Positions 43,884 through 53,909 of a stretch of 57,214 bases of DNA are shown in pieces. The DNA lies in the IMG/VR virus record IMGVR_UViG_3300030107_008096, positions 1 to 57,214 of that record; one strand, 5' to 3'. The notes beneath the pieces are model-generated. The model was given only the letters and a program-made list of their open reading frames with translations. It searched no databases and was not told the DNA's origin. Every line of letters starts with the position of its first letter. Within the stretch, counting starts at the first letter, position 1. The translations under genes were made by a program, and so were the position numbers. This DNA comes from a virus (lineage: Duplodnaviria; Caudoviricetes).

Positions 43884-44936
43884 ATGAATAATGTATTAGT
43901 TGTCGGCACAGGAACAATTGGGGAGCCCCTTATTGGTCTCCTGGCAGATTTTAGAAAAAAATTAAATATTGGACGTGTGATTTTTCACAAACGAACCCCG
44001 CTCTCAGACGAGGTTGCCAAAGTTGAAAGTTTAATTAAAAGGGGCGCGCAGCTGGCTGTAAATGAGAATTTGATTCCAGCCTTTAAAGAGTTGGGCCATA
44101 ATGTAGGATATGATTTCCAGACAGCTCTAAAGATGGCGGATGTCGTAATTGATTGTACTCCCGCAGGCAACGAACATAAGAAAAAACATTACACAAAATA
44201 TCCGGGCAAGGTCTTTATAGCACAAGGAAGCGAAAAGGACTTTGGAGTGCCATATGCCCACGGTATTAATGATAATATTTTTGATAAAAATCCAAATTTT
44301 ATACAAGTTGTAAGTTGTAATACTCATAATATTGCATGTTTAATAAATACCGTAACGAATGATCACGGAAGAGAAGTTAAGGGGGATTTTGTATGTATTA
44401 GACGCTCTAACGATATTAGCCAAGAAGCTTCTTTTGTACCCTCTCCAACGATATCAGACCACAAAGATCCTATTTATGGGACACATCACGCAAGAGATGC
44501 ACATAATCTTTTTATGACGCAGAAAAGAAGTGTTAATTTGTTTTCAAGCGCTTTAAAAGTGAATTCTCAATATATGCATATAATTCGTTTTGATATCAAA
44601 CTCAAGGGGGAATACACTCATAACGAAATTTTAAATCGATTTCGAGAGAATAAATTTATAGCTTTGACTGAAAAAACATCTACCAATAAGGTTTTTTCCT
44701 TTGGAAGAGATCATGGGTATTATGGACGAATATTCAATCAAACAGTTATCCCTGTGTCTTCATTACATGTACGAATATATGGAAGAGAAACAAAAATATC
44801 CGGATTTTGTTTCACTCCCCAAGACGGAAATTCATTATTAAGTAGCGTTGCTGCGTGCATGTACGCGCTCCATGGTCGTGGGAATTATAAACAATATATG
44901 AATCATTTCGATCCCTATTTATTCAGAGAAATATAA
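43884..44936 (+). CDS. glyceraldehyde-3-phosphate dehydrogenase, archaeal (type II)-like
   Basis: VVGTGTIG, DVVIDCTP, AQGSEK, VVSCNTH, RRSND, THHARD. Confidence 0.75.
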   Translation: MNNVLVVGTGTIGEPLIGLLADFRKKLNIGRVIFHKRTPLSDEVAKVESLIKRGAQLAVNENLIPAFKELGHNVGYDFQTALKMADVVIDCTPAGNEHKKKHYTKYPGKVFIAQGSEKDFGVPYAHGINDNIFDKNPNFIQVVSCNTHNIACLINTVTNDHGREVKGDFVCIRRSNDISQEASFVPSPTISDHKDPIYGTHHARDAHNLFMTQKRSVNLFSSALKVNSQYMHIIRFDIKLKGEYTHNEILNRFRENKFIALTEKTSTNKVFSFGRDHGYYGRIFNQTVIPVSSLHVRIYGRETKISGFCFTPQDGNSLLSSVAACMYALHGRGNYKQYMNHFDPYLFREI

Positions 44937-44939
44937 ATT

Positions 44940-45302
44940 ATGGCCAAACACAACAGAATAAAAAGACATACACATGAAAAAACAAACACATATGTTTGCT
45001 CACCAGACACAATGTGTGTGAAAATCTTAGATGCTTCTTCAAGAGCTGTTGCTGTGGCTCTTTATTATAACGATAAAGAGATATTCAAGAGGTCATATAA
45101 AATTGGGTATATCGACGATAAAGAAGACGCATACACGGAATCAGTTGTAATGTTGTGTGAAGAACTAATCGGCCTACATAATCTTGGTGCGGAATATATC
45201 GATTGGTTTCCGAATAACGACACAACCTTGGTAGAGTATGCAGGAAAATCTCTTAAAGAGGTTAGGAAAAAGAGCGGCCTTCTTGTCTGGAAAAGAAAAT
45301 AA
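44940..45302 (+). CDS. hypothetical protein
   Basis: 120-aa ORF. Confidence 0.6.
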   Translation: MAKHNRIKRHTHEKTNTYVCSPDTMCVKILDASSRAVAVALYYNDKEIFKRSYKIGYIDDKEDAYTESVVMLCEELIGLHNLGAEYIDWFPNNDTTLVEYAGKSLKEVRKKSGLLVWKRK

Positions 45303-45359
45303 ATACTAAAAAAGCTTGACAAAATTAATATTTGTGCTACTCTTATAAGAGAGGCATAT

Positions 45360-45665
45360 ATGAATAAAAAAATTATCATAATTATTGGAACTTTGTTACT
45401 GTTCGGATGCGAAGTATATACAGAGCGAAATCATTCAACTTTAAAACATAAACATGAAACGGGCGCCCCCCACCAGGATTATGCGTCAGAAGCTTGCTCC
45501 TATGAGTTTTATACACCATATCCATGGAGCGAGGCGCTTGTTTGTGATGATTATTGTTGTATGTGGGAGCGAGAAGACTTTTATGGCGTATGTGAAGAAA
45601 CATGGTGCTATTATAATGATTATTGTGGGTGGGAAGCAGTTGAAATATATTGCTACGCCATTTAG
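45360..45665 (+). CDS. Cys-rich lipoprotein
   Basis: LLFGC lipobox; CDDYCCMW...CEETWC...CGW. Confidence 0.7.
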   Translation: MNKKIIIIIGTLLLFGCEVYTERNHSTLKHKHETGAPHQDYASEACSYEFYTPYPWSEALVCDDYCCMWEREDFYGVCEETWCYYNDYCGWEAVEIYCYAI

Positions 45666-45673
45666 GGGAAAAA

Positions 45674-47545
45674 ATGGGAAAAATTATTGGCATAGATCTT
45701 GGAACAACTAATTCTGTTGTTGCGGTATTAGAGGGCGGAGAGCCAAAAGTTGTTAACAATGAGGAAGGAGCTAGAACAACCCCTTCGGTAGTCGCTTTTA
45801 ATAACGACAATTCTGCATTAGTAGGGCAAATTGCAAAAAGACAATCAGTAACAAATACTGAAAATACAATATTTTCTGCTAAAAGATTTATAGGACAAAA
45901 CTATAGTAACGTAAAAGAAGAAGTTTTACGAATGCCGTACAAGGTTTCAAAAGCAAAAAAAGGCGGCGTGCAATTTAAAATTAGAGATAAATCATACTCA
46001 CCATCTGAAATTAGCGCGCGCATATTGCAAAAACTTAAGCGTGCAGCAGAAAACTACCTAGGAGAAGAAGTTACAGAGGCGGTGATTACAGTACCGGCCT
46101 ATTTCAATGATACACAAAGGCAGGCAACAAAAGATGCAGGTAAAATTGCCGGCCTGGAAGTTAAACGGATTATCAATGAGCCCACCGCCGCGGCCCTTGC
46201 CTATGGTTTGGATAAAAAAGAAGATCAACTTATTGCTGTTTATGATTTCGGCGGCGGCACATTTGATGTTTCTATTTTAGAAGTCGGAGGCAATGTGATC
46301 GAGGTTGTATCGACAAATGGGAACACTCAACTCGGTGGGGATAATATTGATGAAAAAATTATTGACTACTTAGTGTCAGAGTTTAAAAAAGATACCGGAA
46401 TTGATGTTGCTAGTGATAAGATGGTATTGCAGCGCTTACGAGAAGCTGCAGAAAAAGCAAAAATTGAATTAAGTTCCACTATGCAGGCAAGTATTAATTT
46501 ACCGTTTTTAACTGCAGATGCCGCCGGCCCAAAACATATGAATATTGAATTTTCCCGGGCTAAGCTTGAACAATTGATAAGAGAAGTTGTCGAAAAGACT
46601 CTAAAGTCTTGCCGCGCGGCTCTAAAGGATGCCGGAAAAACCCCAACAGAGATTGATGAAGTTGTTTTAGTGGGCGGCTCAACTCGGATCCCTTTGGTTT
46701 CAAGCATCGTTAAAGACTTTTTCGGCAAAGAGCCGCACAGAGGGGTTAACCCAGATGAAGTGGTTGCATTGGGCGCCGCCGTTCAGGCGGGTGTATTGTC
46801 TGGCGACATAAAAGATGTTTTATTGTTAGATGTGATCCCGTTAACGCTTGGGATCGAAACTTTGGGAGGGGTCAGAACCGTCCTGATTGAGAGAAATACA
46901 ACAATTCCTTGCCGAAAATCAGAAATATTTTCCACAGCGGTTGATAATCAAACCTCTGTCGAGGTGCACGTACTTCAAGGGGAGCGAGAGATCGCTGCGC
47001 AGAATAAGTCTCTTGGAAAATTTCACCTAGATAACGTTCCACCCGCACCACGCGGCATTCCACAGGTTGAAGTGAGTTTTGATGTAGACGCGAACGGAAT
47101 ATTAAATGTGTCGGCTAAAGATAAAGCTAGTGGAAGAGAACAATCTATTCGCATCACAAATTCCAGCGGCCTTACTGAAAGCGAAATCAACCAAATGGTA
47201 GAAGACGCAAAAAAGAACGAGGCTGAAGACAAAGTAAAAAAAGAATTGATACAAGAGAGGAATCAGCTTGATACGCTAGTTTATCAAACCGAAAAAGCCC
47301 TTAAGGATGTTGGTCCAAAATTAGAAGACAATGACAAAGAAGCACTTATAGCGGCAGTGGAGTCTGCAAAATCAGCTTTGGAAAGTGATGATATTGGTAT
47401 GATTAAAAATGCACAAAGTGAATTAACAACTGTTTCACACAAGCTAGCAGAAGCATTATATAAAAATCTATCTGACACACAAGATAACCCCCCAACCGAC
47501 GAGGAAAGCGATGCCAACATTGTGGACGCGGAGATCGTAGAATAA
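45674..47545 (+). CDS. dnaK: chaperone DnaK (Hsp70)
   Basis: [40 protein letters not shown]. Confidence 0.97.
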   Translation: MGKIIGIDLGTTNSVVAVLEGGEPKVVNNEEGARTTPSVVAFNNDNSALVGQIAKRQSVTNTENTIFSAKRFIGQNYSNVKEEVLRMPYKVSKAKKGGVQFKIRDKSYSPSEISARILQKLKRAAENYLGEEVTEAVITVPAYFNDTQRQATKDAGKIAGLEVKRIINEPTAAALAYGLDKKEDQLIAVYDFGGGTFDVSILEVGGNVIEVVSTNGNTQLGGDNIDEKIIDYLVSEFKKDTGIDVASDKMVLQRLREAAEKAKIELSSTMQASINLPFLTADAAGPKHMNIEFSRAKLEQLIREVVEKTLKSCRAALKDAGKTPTEIDEVVLVGGSTRIPLVSSIVKDFFGKEPHRGVNPDEVVALGAAVQAGVLSGDIKDVLLLDVIPLTLGIETLGGVRTVLIERNTTIPCRKSEIFSTAVDNQTSVEVHVLQGEREIAAQNKSLGKFHLDNVPPAPRGIPQVEVSFDVDANGILNVSAKDKASGREQSIRITNSSGLTESEINQMVEDAKKNEAEDKVKKELIQERNQLDTLVYQTEKALKDVGPKLEDNDKEALIAAVESAKSALESDDIGMIKNAQSELTTVSHKLAEALYKNLSDTQDNPPTDEESDANIVDAEIVE

Positions 47546-47611
47546 TATTGTATAGTATACGCCTCCGTTAAATATGTTGACAAATAGTTTTATGTATGAT
47601 ACTCTTTATAC

Positions 47612-48532
47612 ATGATTAATTTAGGTTATGCTTGTATCAATATGTCTTTATCCTCTCTCAAAAAATCCGAGAGAATTACTACTAACCGGTCTATGATTAA
47701 ACGTACTTTCCAGCAGCGTGGTATTGCGTACGCTTCAGAGCTTGCACTCCAAAACATCAAAGACCTTTATGCTATTTTGCAGTGGAACGAGGAACACAAT
47801 ATCAAGTTCTTTCGTTTGTCTTCTGACTTTTTTCCTTGGGCCTCCGAATATAGTTTCGAAGAATTACCAGATTACGAAAATATCTTATATTGGGCAAAAA
47901 AGTGCGGCGACTATGCGCACGCCAACAACCATAGACTCACTAGTCACCCTGGTCCGTTCAATAAGCTTACAAGTCCGCGCGAGCGCGTTGTTCTTAACAC
48001 TATCAAAGACTTAGAGATTCATGGTAAGTTCTTTGACCTGCTCGGCCTACCTCGCTCGCCCTATGCCAAACTTAATATTCATGTAGGCGCACACTATAAT
48101 GACAAGGCCATGGCACTTAGCAACTTTTGCCGCAATTTTGAGCGACTATCTGACGGTGTGCGCAGTCGCTTGACCGTAGAAAATGACGACAAAGCTTCTC
48201 TTTACAGCACCAAAGAACTGTACGATGAGGTTTACAAGCGTATTGGCATTCCCATTGTTCATGATGTGCATCATCACAAATTTTGTACCGGCGACATTGA
48301 TGACGAAGAAGCAATGCTTACTGCCGCTATGACATGGGGTGATGTAAGACCCGTTATTCATTATTCGCAGTCGCGCTCCATCGAATATAACGACCCAAAG
48401 ATTCGAGACAATGCACATTCTGATTCTTATTGGAAGCCAGTCGATACCTACGGTTTAGATATTGATGTTATGCTAGAGTGCAAGCACAAAGAAATTGGCT
48501 TGTTTAAGATGCGCGAACTTCTAAATCATTAA
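47612..48532 (+). CDS. uvsE: UV-damage endonuclease
   Basis: LGYACIN, FFRLSS, HPG, VENDD, DVHHH, AHSD, MLECKHKE. Confidence 0.92.
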   Translation: MINLGYACINMSLSSLKKSERITTNRSMIKRTFQQRGIAYASELALQNIKDLYAILQWNEEHNIKFFRLSSDFFPWASEYSFEELPDYENILYWAKKCGDYAHANNHRLTSHPGPFNKLTSPRERVVLNTIKDLEIHGKFFDLLGLPRSPYAKLNIHVGAHYNDKAMALSNFCRNFERLSDGVRSRLTVENDDKASLYSTKELYDEVYKRIGIPIVHDVHHHKFCTGDIDDEEAMLTAAMTWGDVRPVIHYSQSRSIEYNDPKIRDNAHSDSYWKPVDTYGLDIDVMLECKHKEIGLFKMRELLNH

Positions 48533-48593
48533 AAATTGAAATTAGTTAATTTTTTTTTATTGACATCTGTTAAAATAACTATTTATAAGCAAT

Positions 48594-49892
48594 ATGACAA
48601 ATTTTAGAAAAGGCGAGTTCTGGAGGGCAATCCCAGCGTGGAAAGATATAAGCTATAACACTTTTGTCGATCATACTTGGCAAGATAAAAATGCAATTAC
48701 AAATCATAAAAAACTACTAAAAACAATTCAGAACTTAGTAAGCGATGAGTTTTTGGAGGATGCCAAAAAAGGTTTTCTTAAAGCCCCAATGGCCACTCGA
48801 ATAACTCCTTATCTTCTCTCATTGATGGATTGGAACGATCCTGTTAACTGTCCCATAAGAAAACAGTTTTTGACTTTAGAGTCATCTCTTCAACCTGATC
48901 ATCCTATGCTTCGACTTGATAGTTTGAATGAACAAGAAGATTCGCCCGTAAAAGGATTAACACATCGATATACAGATAAAGTTTTGTTTCTTGCCCTTGA
49001 CACCTGCCCAGTTTATTGTCGCTACTGCACACGCGCCTATGCTGTTGGTAATGATACAGCTACAACAGAGAAAATATCAGTTAAAGCATCAAAAGAAAGA
49101 TGGGCCGATATTTTTAAATATTTACAAGAGCATAAAGAAATACAGGATGTGGTAATTTCTGGAGGTGATGCTTTTCGACTCAAAGTGTCTCAAATAAATG
49201 AAATAAGCTACGAGCTTTTAAAAATGAATCACATAAGGAGATTTCGTTTTGCCACTAAAGGCTTGTCTGTGATGCCTATGAAAATTTTAACTGATTATCG
49301 CTGGACTGATGCGTTAAGTCATTGGGTCGACACCGCTAGAAAGCAGCACAAAGAGGTATGTATACATACCCATTTTAATCATGCAAACGAGATAACTAAA
49401 ATAACTCAAGAGGCTATGAATCTTTTATATTCTAGGGGTATAAAAGTCAGAAACCAGTCTGTGCTTCAGAACACTGTTAATGACACATCGGACAATATGA
49501 TAGCGTTGGTTAAGGGCTTAAGTTATATTAATGTTCAACCTTATTATGTTTATGTACATGATTTAACAGCTGGAACGGAAGATATGAGAACTTCTGTAAA
49601 AACTGCCATGAATGTTGAAAAGCATGTTCGCGGAATAACTGCAGGGTTCAACACTCCAACATTTGTGGTTGACGCTCCAGGCGGCGGCGGAAAAAGAGAT
49701 GTACACTCTTGTGAATGGTACGATCCTCATACTGGTATTAGTGTGTGGGAGGCGCCCAGTGTCAAACCCGGACGCCAGTTTTTATATTTTGACCCTCTCC
49801 ACTCTTTAACACCGGAAATGCAACAAGTTTGGAAAAATGAAGAACTGCGCAAAGGAATGATTCAGTCCGCTTTAGACCATACGCGTTTTTAA
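48594..49892 (+). CDS. KamA-family radical SAM aminomutase (lysine 2,3-aminomutase-like)
   Basis: LTHRY, CPVYCRYCTR, SGGDA, HTHFNH, NQSVL, DAPGGGGK. Confidence 0.92.
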   Translation: MTNFRKGEFWRAIPAWKDISYNTFVDHTWQDKNAITNHKKLLKTIQNLVSDEFLEDAKKGFLKAPMATRITPYLLSLMDWNDPVNCPIRKQFLTLESSLQPDHPMLRLDSLNEQEDSPVKGLTHRYTDKVLFLALDTCPVYCRYCTRAYAVGNDTATTEKISVKASKERWADIFKYLQEHKEIQDVVISGGDAFRLKVSQINEISYELLKMNHIRRFRFATKGLSVMPMKILTDYRWTDALSHWVDTARKQHKEVCIHTHFNHANEITKITQEAMNLLYSRGIKVRNQSVLQNTVNDTSDNMIALVKGLSYINVQPYYVYVHDLTAGTEDMRTSVKTAMNVEKHVRGITAGFNTPTFVVDAPGGGGKRDVHSCEWYDPHTGISVWEAPSVKPGRQFLYFDPLHSLTPEMQQVWKNEELRKGMIQSALDHTRF

Positions 49893-49955
49893 AAAACTTT
49901 ACAAAATATAGAACGATAGAAATAAATTCAAAAATTAAAACCAAAAGAGAATAAA

Positions 49956-50363
49956 ATGGAGCTTATAACTACTAAGGTTTGTATGACCAAAAATATTGGA
50001 GTACATGGGAGCCTCTTTGGTGGGACAATGTTGTCTTGGCTTGATGAGGCAGCATTGGCGTTTGTTTGTCAAGTGGCGGATTCTACTAGAATGGTAACCA
50101 GAAGTATTTCAGAGGTTATATTTGAGAGGCCAGTAAAAGAAGGTAGAATTGTTAAGATTTATGGCGAAGTAGTAAAGGTGGGCAACACCAGTGTCACCAT
50201 TAGTCTAGAGGCAAGAGGTCACAATCAGTTTACTGGGAAACAAAAAATTGTTTGTCAAACTAAAATGGTATTTGTACAAATTGACGAAGAAGGCGAATCG
50301 ATGCCCTTAAGTAAAAAAGTAAAAAACAAATACAAAAAACGATTGACAAATACAAAAAAATAA
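49956..50363 (+). CDS. acyl-CoA thioesterase (hotdog fold, YciA-like)
   Basis: HGSLFGGTMLSWLDEAA, VGNTSV. Confidence 0.9.
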   Translation: MELITTKVCMTKNIGVHGSLFGGTMLSWLDEAALAFVCQVADSTRMVTRSISEVIFERPVKEGRIVKIYGEVVKVGNTSVTISLEARGHNQFTGKQKIVCQTKMVFVQIDEEGESMPLSKKVKNKYKKRLTNTKK

Positions 50364-50371
50364 TGTAAAAT
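50343..50371 (+). promoter_or_regulatory. sigma70 promoter for tRNA
   Basis: TTGACA-17-TAAAAT. Confidence 0.8.
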
Positions 50372-50382
50372 ATAGAAAATAT

Positions 50383-50456
50383 ACTCCCGTAGCTCAGTTG
50401 GTTAGAGCAAGCGGCTCATAACCGCCAGGTCGTAGGTTCGAGTCCTACCGGGAGTA
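50383..50456 (+). tRNA. tRNA with CAT anticodon (Ile2-like or elongator Met)
   Basis: Cloverleaf with acceptor ACTCCCG/CGGGAGT, loop CTCATAA, TTCGA T-loop; CCA not encoded. Confidence 0.92.
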
Positions 50457-50475
50457 CTTTTAAAAGGAGAAGATT

Positions 50476-50967
50476 ATGTTGAGAAAATTATTGTTATGTT
50501 TTATGGTCTTGCTTTTTGCCACGCCGGCGATGGCAGAAGATGATTGGAAGGTCCGAAGTGGTGTGCGTTTCGGTTATGCCTATCTTAATAAAGGAGAAAG
50601 CCTAGACAAGTTAAAGAGCCCTCACATGCTCTTGCTCGGCTTCGAGCTTCAACAAACTCTTGATGGCGGTGAGTGGCTAGATGTGCTATTCGTCCAAAAC
50701 GTCTCTGTTGTCGGTTTGGACCAGAGTATTTTTGCACCATCAGCCAGCTTGCTTGTTGGTTTTGAGTTCGCTGACCGCCTGCAGTTGGCCTTGGGCGCAA
50801 ATATCGCAGCCTTTGATCCAGCAGAGGAAGATAATTATGTGCACGTGGTTGCGGCGATTGGGTATACTGAACAAGTGGGGCTTTTTAGTGTTCCGCTGCA
50901 TGTGTCGTGGATTCCCGATGTTAATGGGTATTGGCGAGTAAGCGCCAGTACTGGCGTGAACTGGTAG
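50476..50967 (+). CDS. secreted protein, probable outer-membrane beta-barrel
   Basis: Signal peptide ending AMA, alternating beta strands, terminal aromatic (GVNW). Confidence 0.7.
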   Translation: MLRKLLLCFMVLLFATPAMAEDDWKVRSGVRFGYAYLNKGESLDKLKSPHMLLLGFELQQTLDGGEWLDVLFVQNVSVVGLDQSIFAPSASLLVGFEFADRLQLALGANIAAFDPAEEDNYVHVVAAIGYTEQVGLFSVPLHVSWIPDVNGYWRVSASTGVNW

Positions 50968-50974
50968 AGTGACT

Positions 50975-51048
50975 GCCCTCGTAGCTCAGCTGGATAGAGC
51001 ATCGGCCTTCTAAGCCGAGAGTCACAGGTTCGAATCCTGTCGAGGGTA
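50975..51048 (+). tRNA. tRNA-Arg(TCT)
   Basis: Acceptor GCCCTCG/CGAGGGT; anticodon arm TCGGC-CTTCTAA-GCCGA; CCA not encoded. Confidence 0.95.
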
Positions 51049-51067
51049 CTTTTAAAAGGATATAGAT

Positions 51068-51301
51068 GTGAAAAAATTACTAATATGTTTATTTTCATTG
51101 CTCTTGTTTGGATGCACAGCTGTTTTTGATTCGTGCGATCCTGAAGGTTCGCTGCCTTATTCAAAAAGCGAAGTGGCTCAAGAGCCACATTGTAGTAACA
51201 AGTGCTGTGAGTACGTGATTTATAAAGAAACCGAGATGTGTTATGAAATGTGGTGTTTTAACGACTGCCAATGGGGTAAAACCCATAACACTTGTTATTA
51301 A
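51068..51301 (+). CDS. Cys-rich lipoprotein, paralog of 45360
   Basis: LLFGC; CSNKCCEY...CYEMWC...CQW. Confidence 0.7.
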   Translation: MKKLLICLFSLLLFGCTAVFDSCDPEGSLPYSKSEVAQEPHCSNKCCEYVIYKETEMCYEMWCFNDCQWGKTHNTCY

Positions 51302-51384
51302 AATGAAACTTCTTAGAGAAGAAAAATTTGTTTTATTAATGTTTTTTGTTTCTGTCGCTGCCGGCGCAGCAATAATATATTTTA

Positions 51385-52164
51385 TTAATTTGTAATATAA
51401 TTTAAGGCGCGACTGAAAATACAGTCACACGTTCCATATAAATGATATTTGTCTTTAACCTTTTCTAAGAAAGCCTTTAAATCTTCGTACTGCACCGAAA
51501 GTGAAATCATTGGAAAGCGTCGATAAACAGAATGAATCATGCCTACTAGTTGACCTTCCTGGTTAACAACTGGCGAGCCGGAACTCCCCGGGGCAGCAGG
51601 AATAGAATACATAGTATATCCATGGGTACCCACACCTATATAACGACCCTCTAATATTGGAACAGCATTAGGGGAAAAAATAACTAAAGGGGCAGCGGTG
51701 TTGAACATTTTTTCACCCGCCACAGGTTTACTTTTAGACATTGGTATAACTTCCACATCGACCCCTTTAGCATATAGTACACACACATCGAGGTCGCTGT
51801 CGTAGGAAAGAATTTCTGCAGCATTGGTCTCTCCGCCCAAGCCAGTCACAGAAAAATTGATACTAATAACGGTTTTTTCGGCTGCTTGCGAAGAAACACA
51901 GACATGCGCCGCTGTTAAAATAAACACACCAGAATGGTTTTTATCTACTGCCGCACCAGACCCAAAGGAATTTTTATCCACAATTGAACACATACTTTTA
52001 TTTTTACAAGAATGCATTTTTGTAATCCTATGAATAAGGAAGAAAGATTTCCTAGGAACGTTTTCTGCATAAACCATTTTTTCCACATTTTGTGAACTAG
52101 AGGCGCATGTACACAACGCAAATATAATAATGAAAATTGGTATTAATTTTTTTAACATAAACAT
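51385..52164 (-). CDS. secreted trypsin-like serine protease
   Basis: ILTAAHVC, D.D.C.L, PGSSGSPV. Confidence 0.9.
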   Translation of the reverse strand: MFMLKKLIPIFIIIFALCTCASSSQNVEKMVYAENVPRKSFFLIHRITKMHSCKNKSMCSIVDKNSFGSGAAVDKNHSGVFILTAAHVCVSSQAAEKTVISINFSVTGLGGETNAAEILSYDSDLDVCVLYAKGVDVEVIPMSKSKPVAGEKMFNTAAPLVIFSPNAVPILEGRYIGVGTHGYTMYSIPAAPGSSGSPVVNQEGQLVGMIHSVYRRFPMISLSVQYEDLKAFLEKVKDKYHLYGTCDCIFSRALNYITN

Positions 52165-52286
52165 AAATTCATATCCTACAATAATAACTATGTGTATGTG
52201 AGAAAAAAATCAATTGTTCGCTAATACATGTTTTTTATTTTATAAACCCCTAAACTGGATAAGAAACTATTTAAATATAGGGTAAC

Positions 52287-53609
52287 ATGGCAAAAAAAAT
52301 TTACGTACTTGATACAAGTGTTTACTTAACTGATGCAGATGCTATATCCTCTTATGCAAATAATGATATTGTAATTCCTTTTAAGGTGTTAGAAGAAGTA
52401 GACAATCACAAAAAAAGACAGGACAGCGTTGGCTCAAATGCACGAAAAATTATTCGTATGCTAGACTCAATGCGAGAACGGGGATCTTTATTAAAAGGAA
52501 TAAGAATAGCGAAAGGAAAAGGGATCGTATACGTTAAAAAATATGACGAAACAGGGATCTCTAGCGATATTGACCTAAGCATATCAGATAATAAAATAAT
52601 TGGCGTAGCTCTTAATGAAAAAGAAAGAAACCCAAGACGAAAAGTAATTTTAGTTTCTCGTGACATTAATATGCGCGTAAAATGCGATGCTCTAGGCCTC
52701 CTTTGTGAAGACTACATTGTAAACCAAGTAGTGAAGGACACAGAAGCAATATATACAGGCTTTAAAAAACATTTGGTTGATGATCAAATAATTGATCAAC
52801 TGTATAGCGGACAACCGATTTATCTAGACGAAGAAGAAGTTAAATTGCCACCAAATCAATTTTTAATGCTTGTTTCAAATTCAAATGAGAAGAAGACAGC
52901 ATTGGCAAAATATCAAAGTTCCACAAAACCACTTAAAAGAATTAATGGAGAATTTAAAAAAGGTATCTGGGGAGTAAGGCCAAAAAATAAAGAACAGGCT
53001 TTTGCACTAGATCTTTTAATGGACCCAGAGGTACCAATTATAACACTGGTCGGAAAAGCCGGCAGCGGGAAAACATTGTTAGCAATTGCAGCAGGATTAG
53101 CACAGGTTGTAGAAGACAGTAAAGAAGCTCAGTACAAACGCCTAATTGTTTCAAGGCCAATTCAACCTATGGGTAAAGATATCGGTTATTTACCAGGCTC
53201 CTTAGAAGAAAAAATGTTACCGTGGTTGGCGCCAATTCAAGATAATTTAAAATTTTTAATGGGAAATGATAAAATAATGCTTGAAGAGATGACGACAGCT
53301 GGAACAATAGAAATAGAAGCATTAACTTATATAAGAGGAAGATCGATTTCAGATGCATATTTAGTTATCGACGAAGCTCAAAATTTAACAGCGCACGAGC
53401 TTAAAACAATTATTACACGCGTCGGAGATAATACAAAAGTTGTTTTTACTGGTGACGTTGAACAAATTGACAATGTATATGTTGATGAAACTTCAAACGG
53501 GCTCACGCATGCCGTTGAGAAGCTCAAGAATTACGAACTTTCAGGGCACATTACATTGACAAAAGGCGAGCGTTCTAAAGTTGCAACGTTGGCCGCAAAA
53601 ACCCTTTAA
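52287..53609 (+). CDS. PIN domain plus PhoH-family ATPase (PhoH2/YlaK-like)
   Basis: YVLDTSV, VSRDINMR; GKAGSGKT, IGYLPG, YIRGRS, DEAQN. Confidence 0.93.
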   Translation: MAKKIYVLDTSVYLTDADAISSYANNDIVIPFKVLEEVDNHKKRQDSVGSNARKIIRMLDSMRERGSLLKGIRIAKGKGIVYVKKYDETGISSDIDLSISDNKIIGVALNEKERNPRRKVILVSRDINMRVKCDALGLLCEDYIVNQVVKDTEAIYTGFKKHLVDDQIIDQLYSGQPIYLDEEEVKLPPNQFLMLVSNSNEKKTALAKYQSSTKPLKRINGEFKKGIWGVRPKNKEQAFALDLLMDPEVPIITLVGKAGSGKTLLAIAAGLAQVVEDSKEAQYKRLIVSRPIQPMGKDIGYLPGSLEEKMLPWLAPIQDNLKFLMGNDKIMLEEMTTAGTIEIEALTYIRGRSISDAYLVIDEAQNLTAHELKTIITRVGDNTKVVFTGDVEQIDNVYVDETSNGLTHAVEKLKNYELSGHITLTKGERSKVATLAAKTL

Positions 53610-53642
53610 ATCATTTAATAAAAAATATATAATGGAGATGAT

Positions 53643-53909
53643 ATGAAAAACCACACGAAATCAGAAGACTATGATGAAAACCCTGTATTGAAAGAAGTTG
53701 TTGTTGATGATACAGAGTTAAAAGAATGGCTTGTTAACTACGTTGGAGCAAAATTAAACCCAGAGGATGAAAACGTTACTGTAGAAATGATTGTAGAGGT
53801 GATATCGGAAGAGTTTCCAGAATTCTTGTTAGCGGTAGCAGAAGAGAATTTTATTCGTGGTTATAAGCAGTGTTATGTTGATATAGAGACAAATAAAAGT
53901 AATGCGTAA
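53643..53909 (+). CDS. acidic hypothetical protein
   Basis: GGAG SD; EEFPEF..AEENFIRGY. Confidence 0.7.
   Translation: MKNHTKSEDYDENPVLKEVVVDDTELKEWLVNYVGAKLNPEDENVTVEMIVEVISEEFPEFLLAVAEENFIRGYKQCYVDIETNKSNA

Noticed and set aside
50835-51188. Minus-strand 117-aa ORF
   Set aside because: Antisense to tRNA-Arg and two better-supported genes
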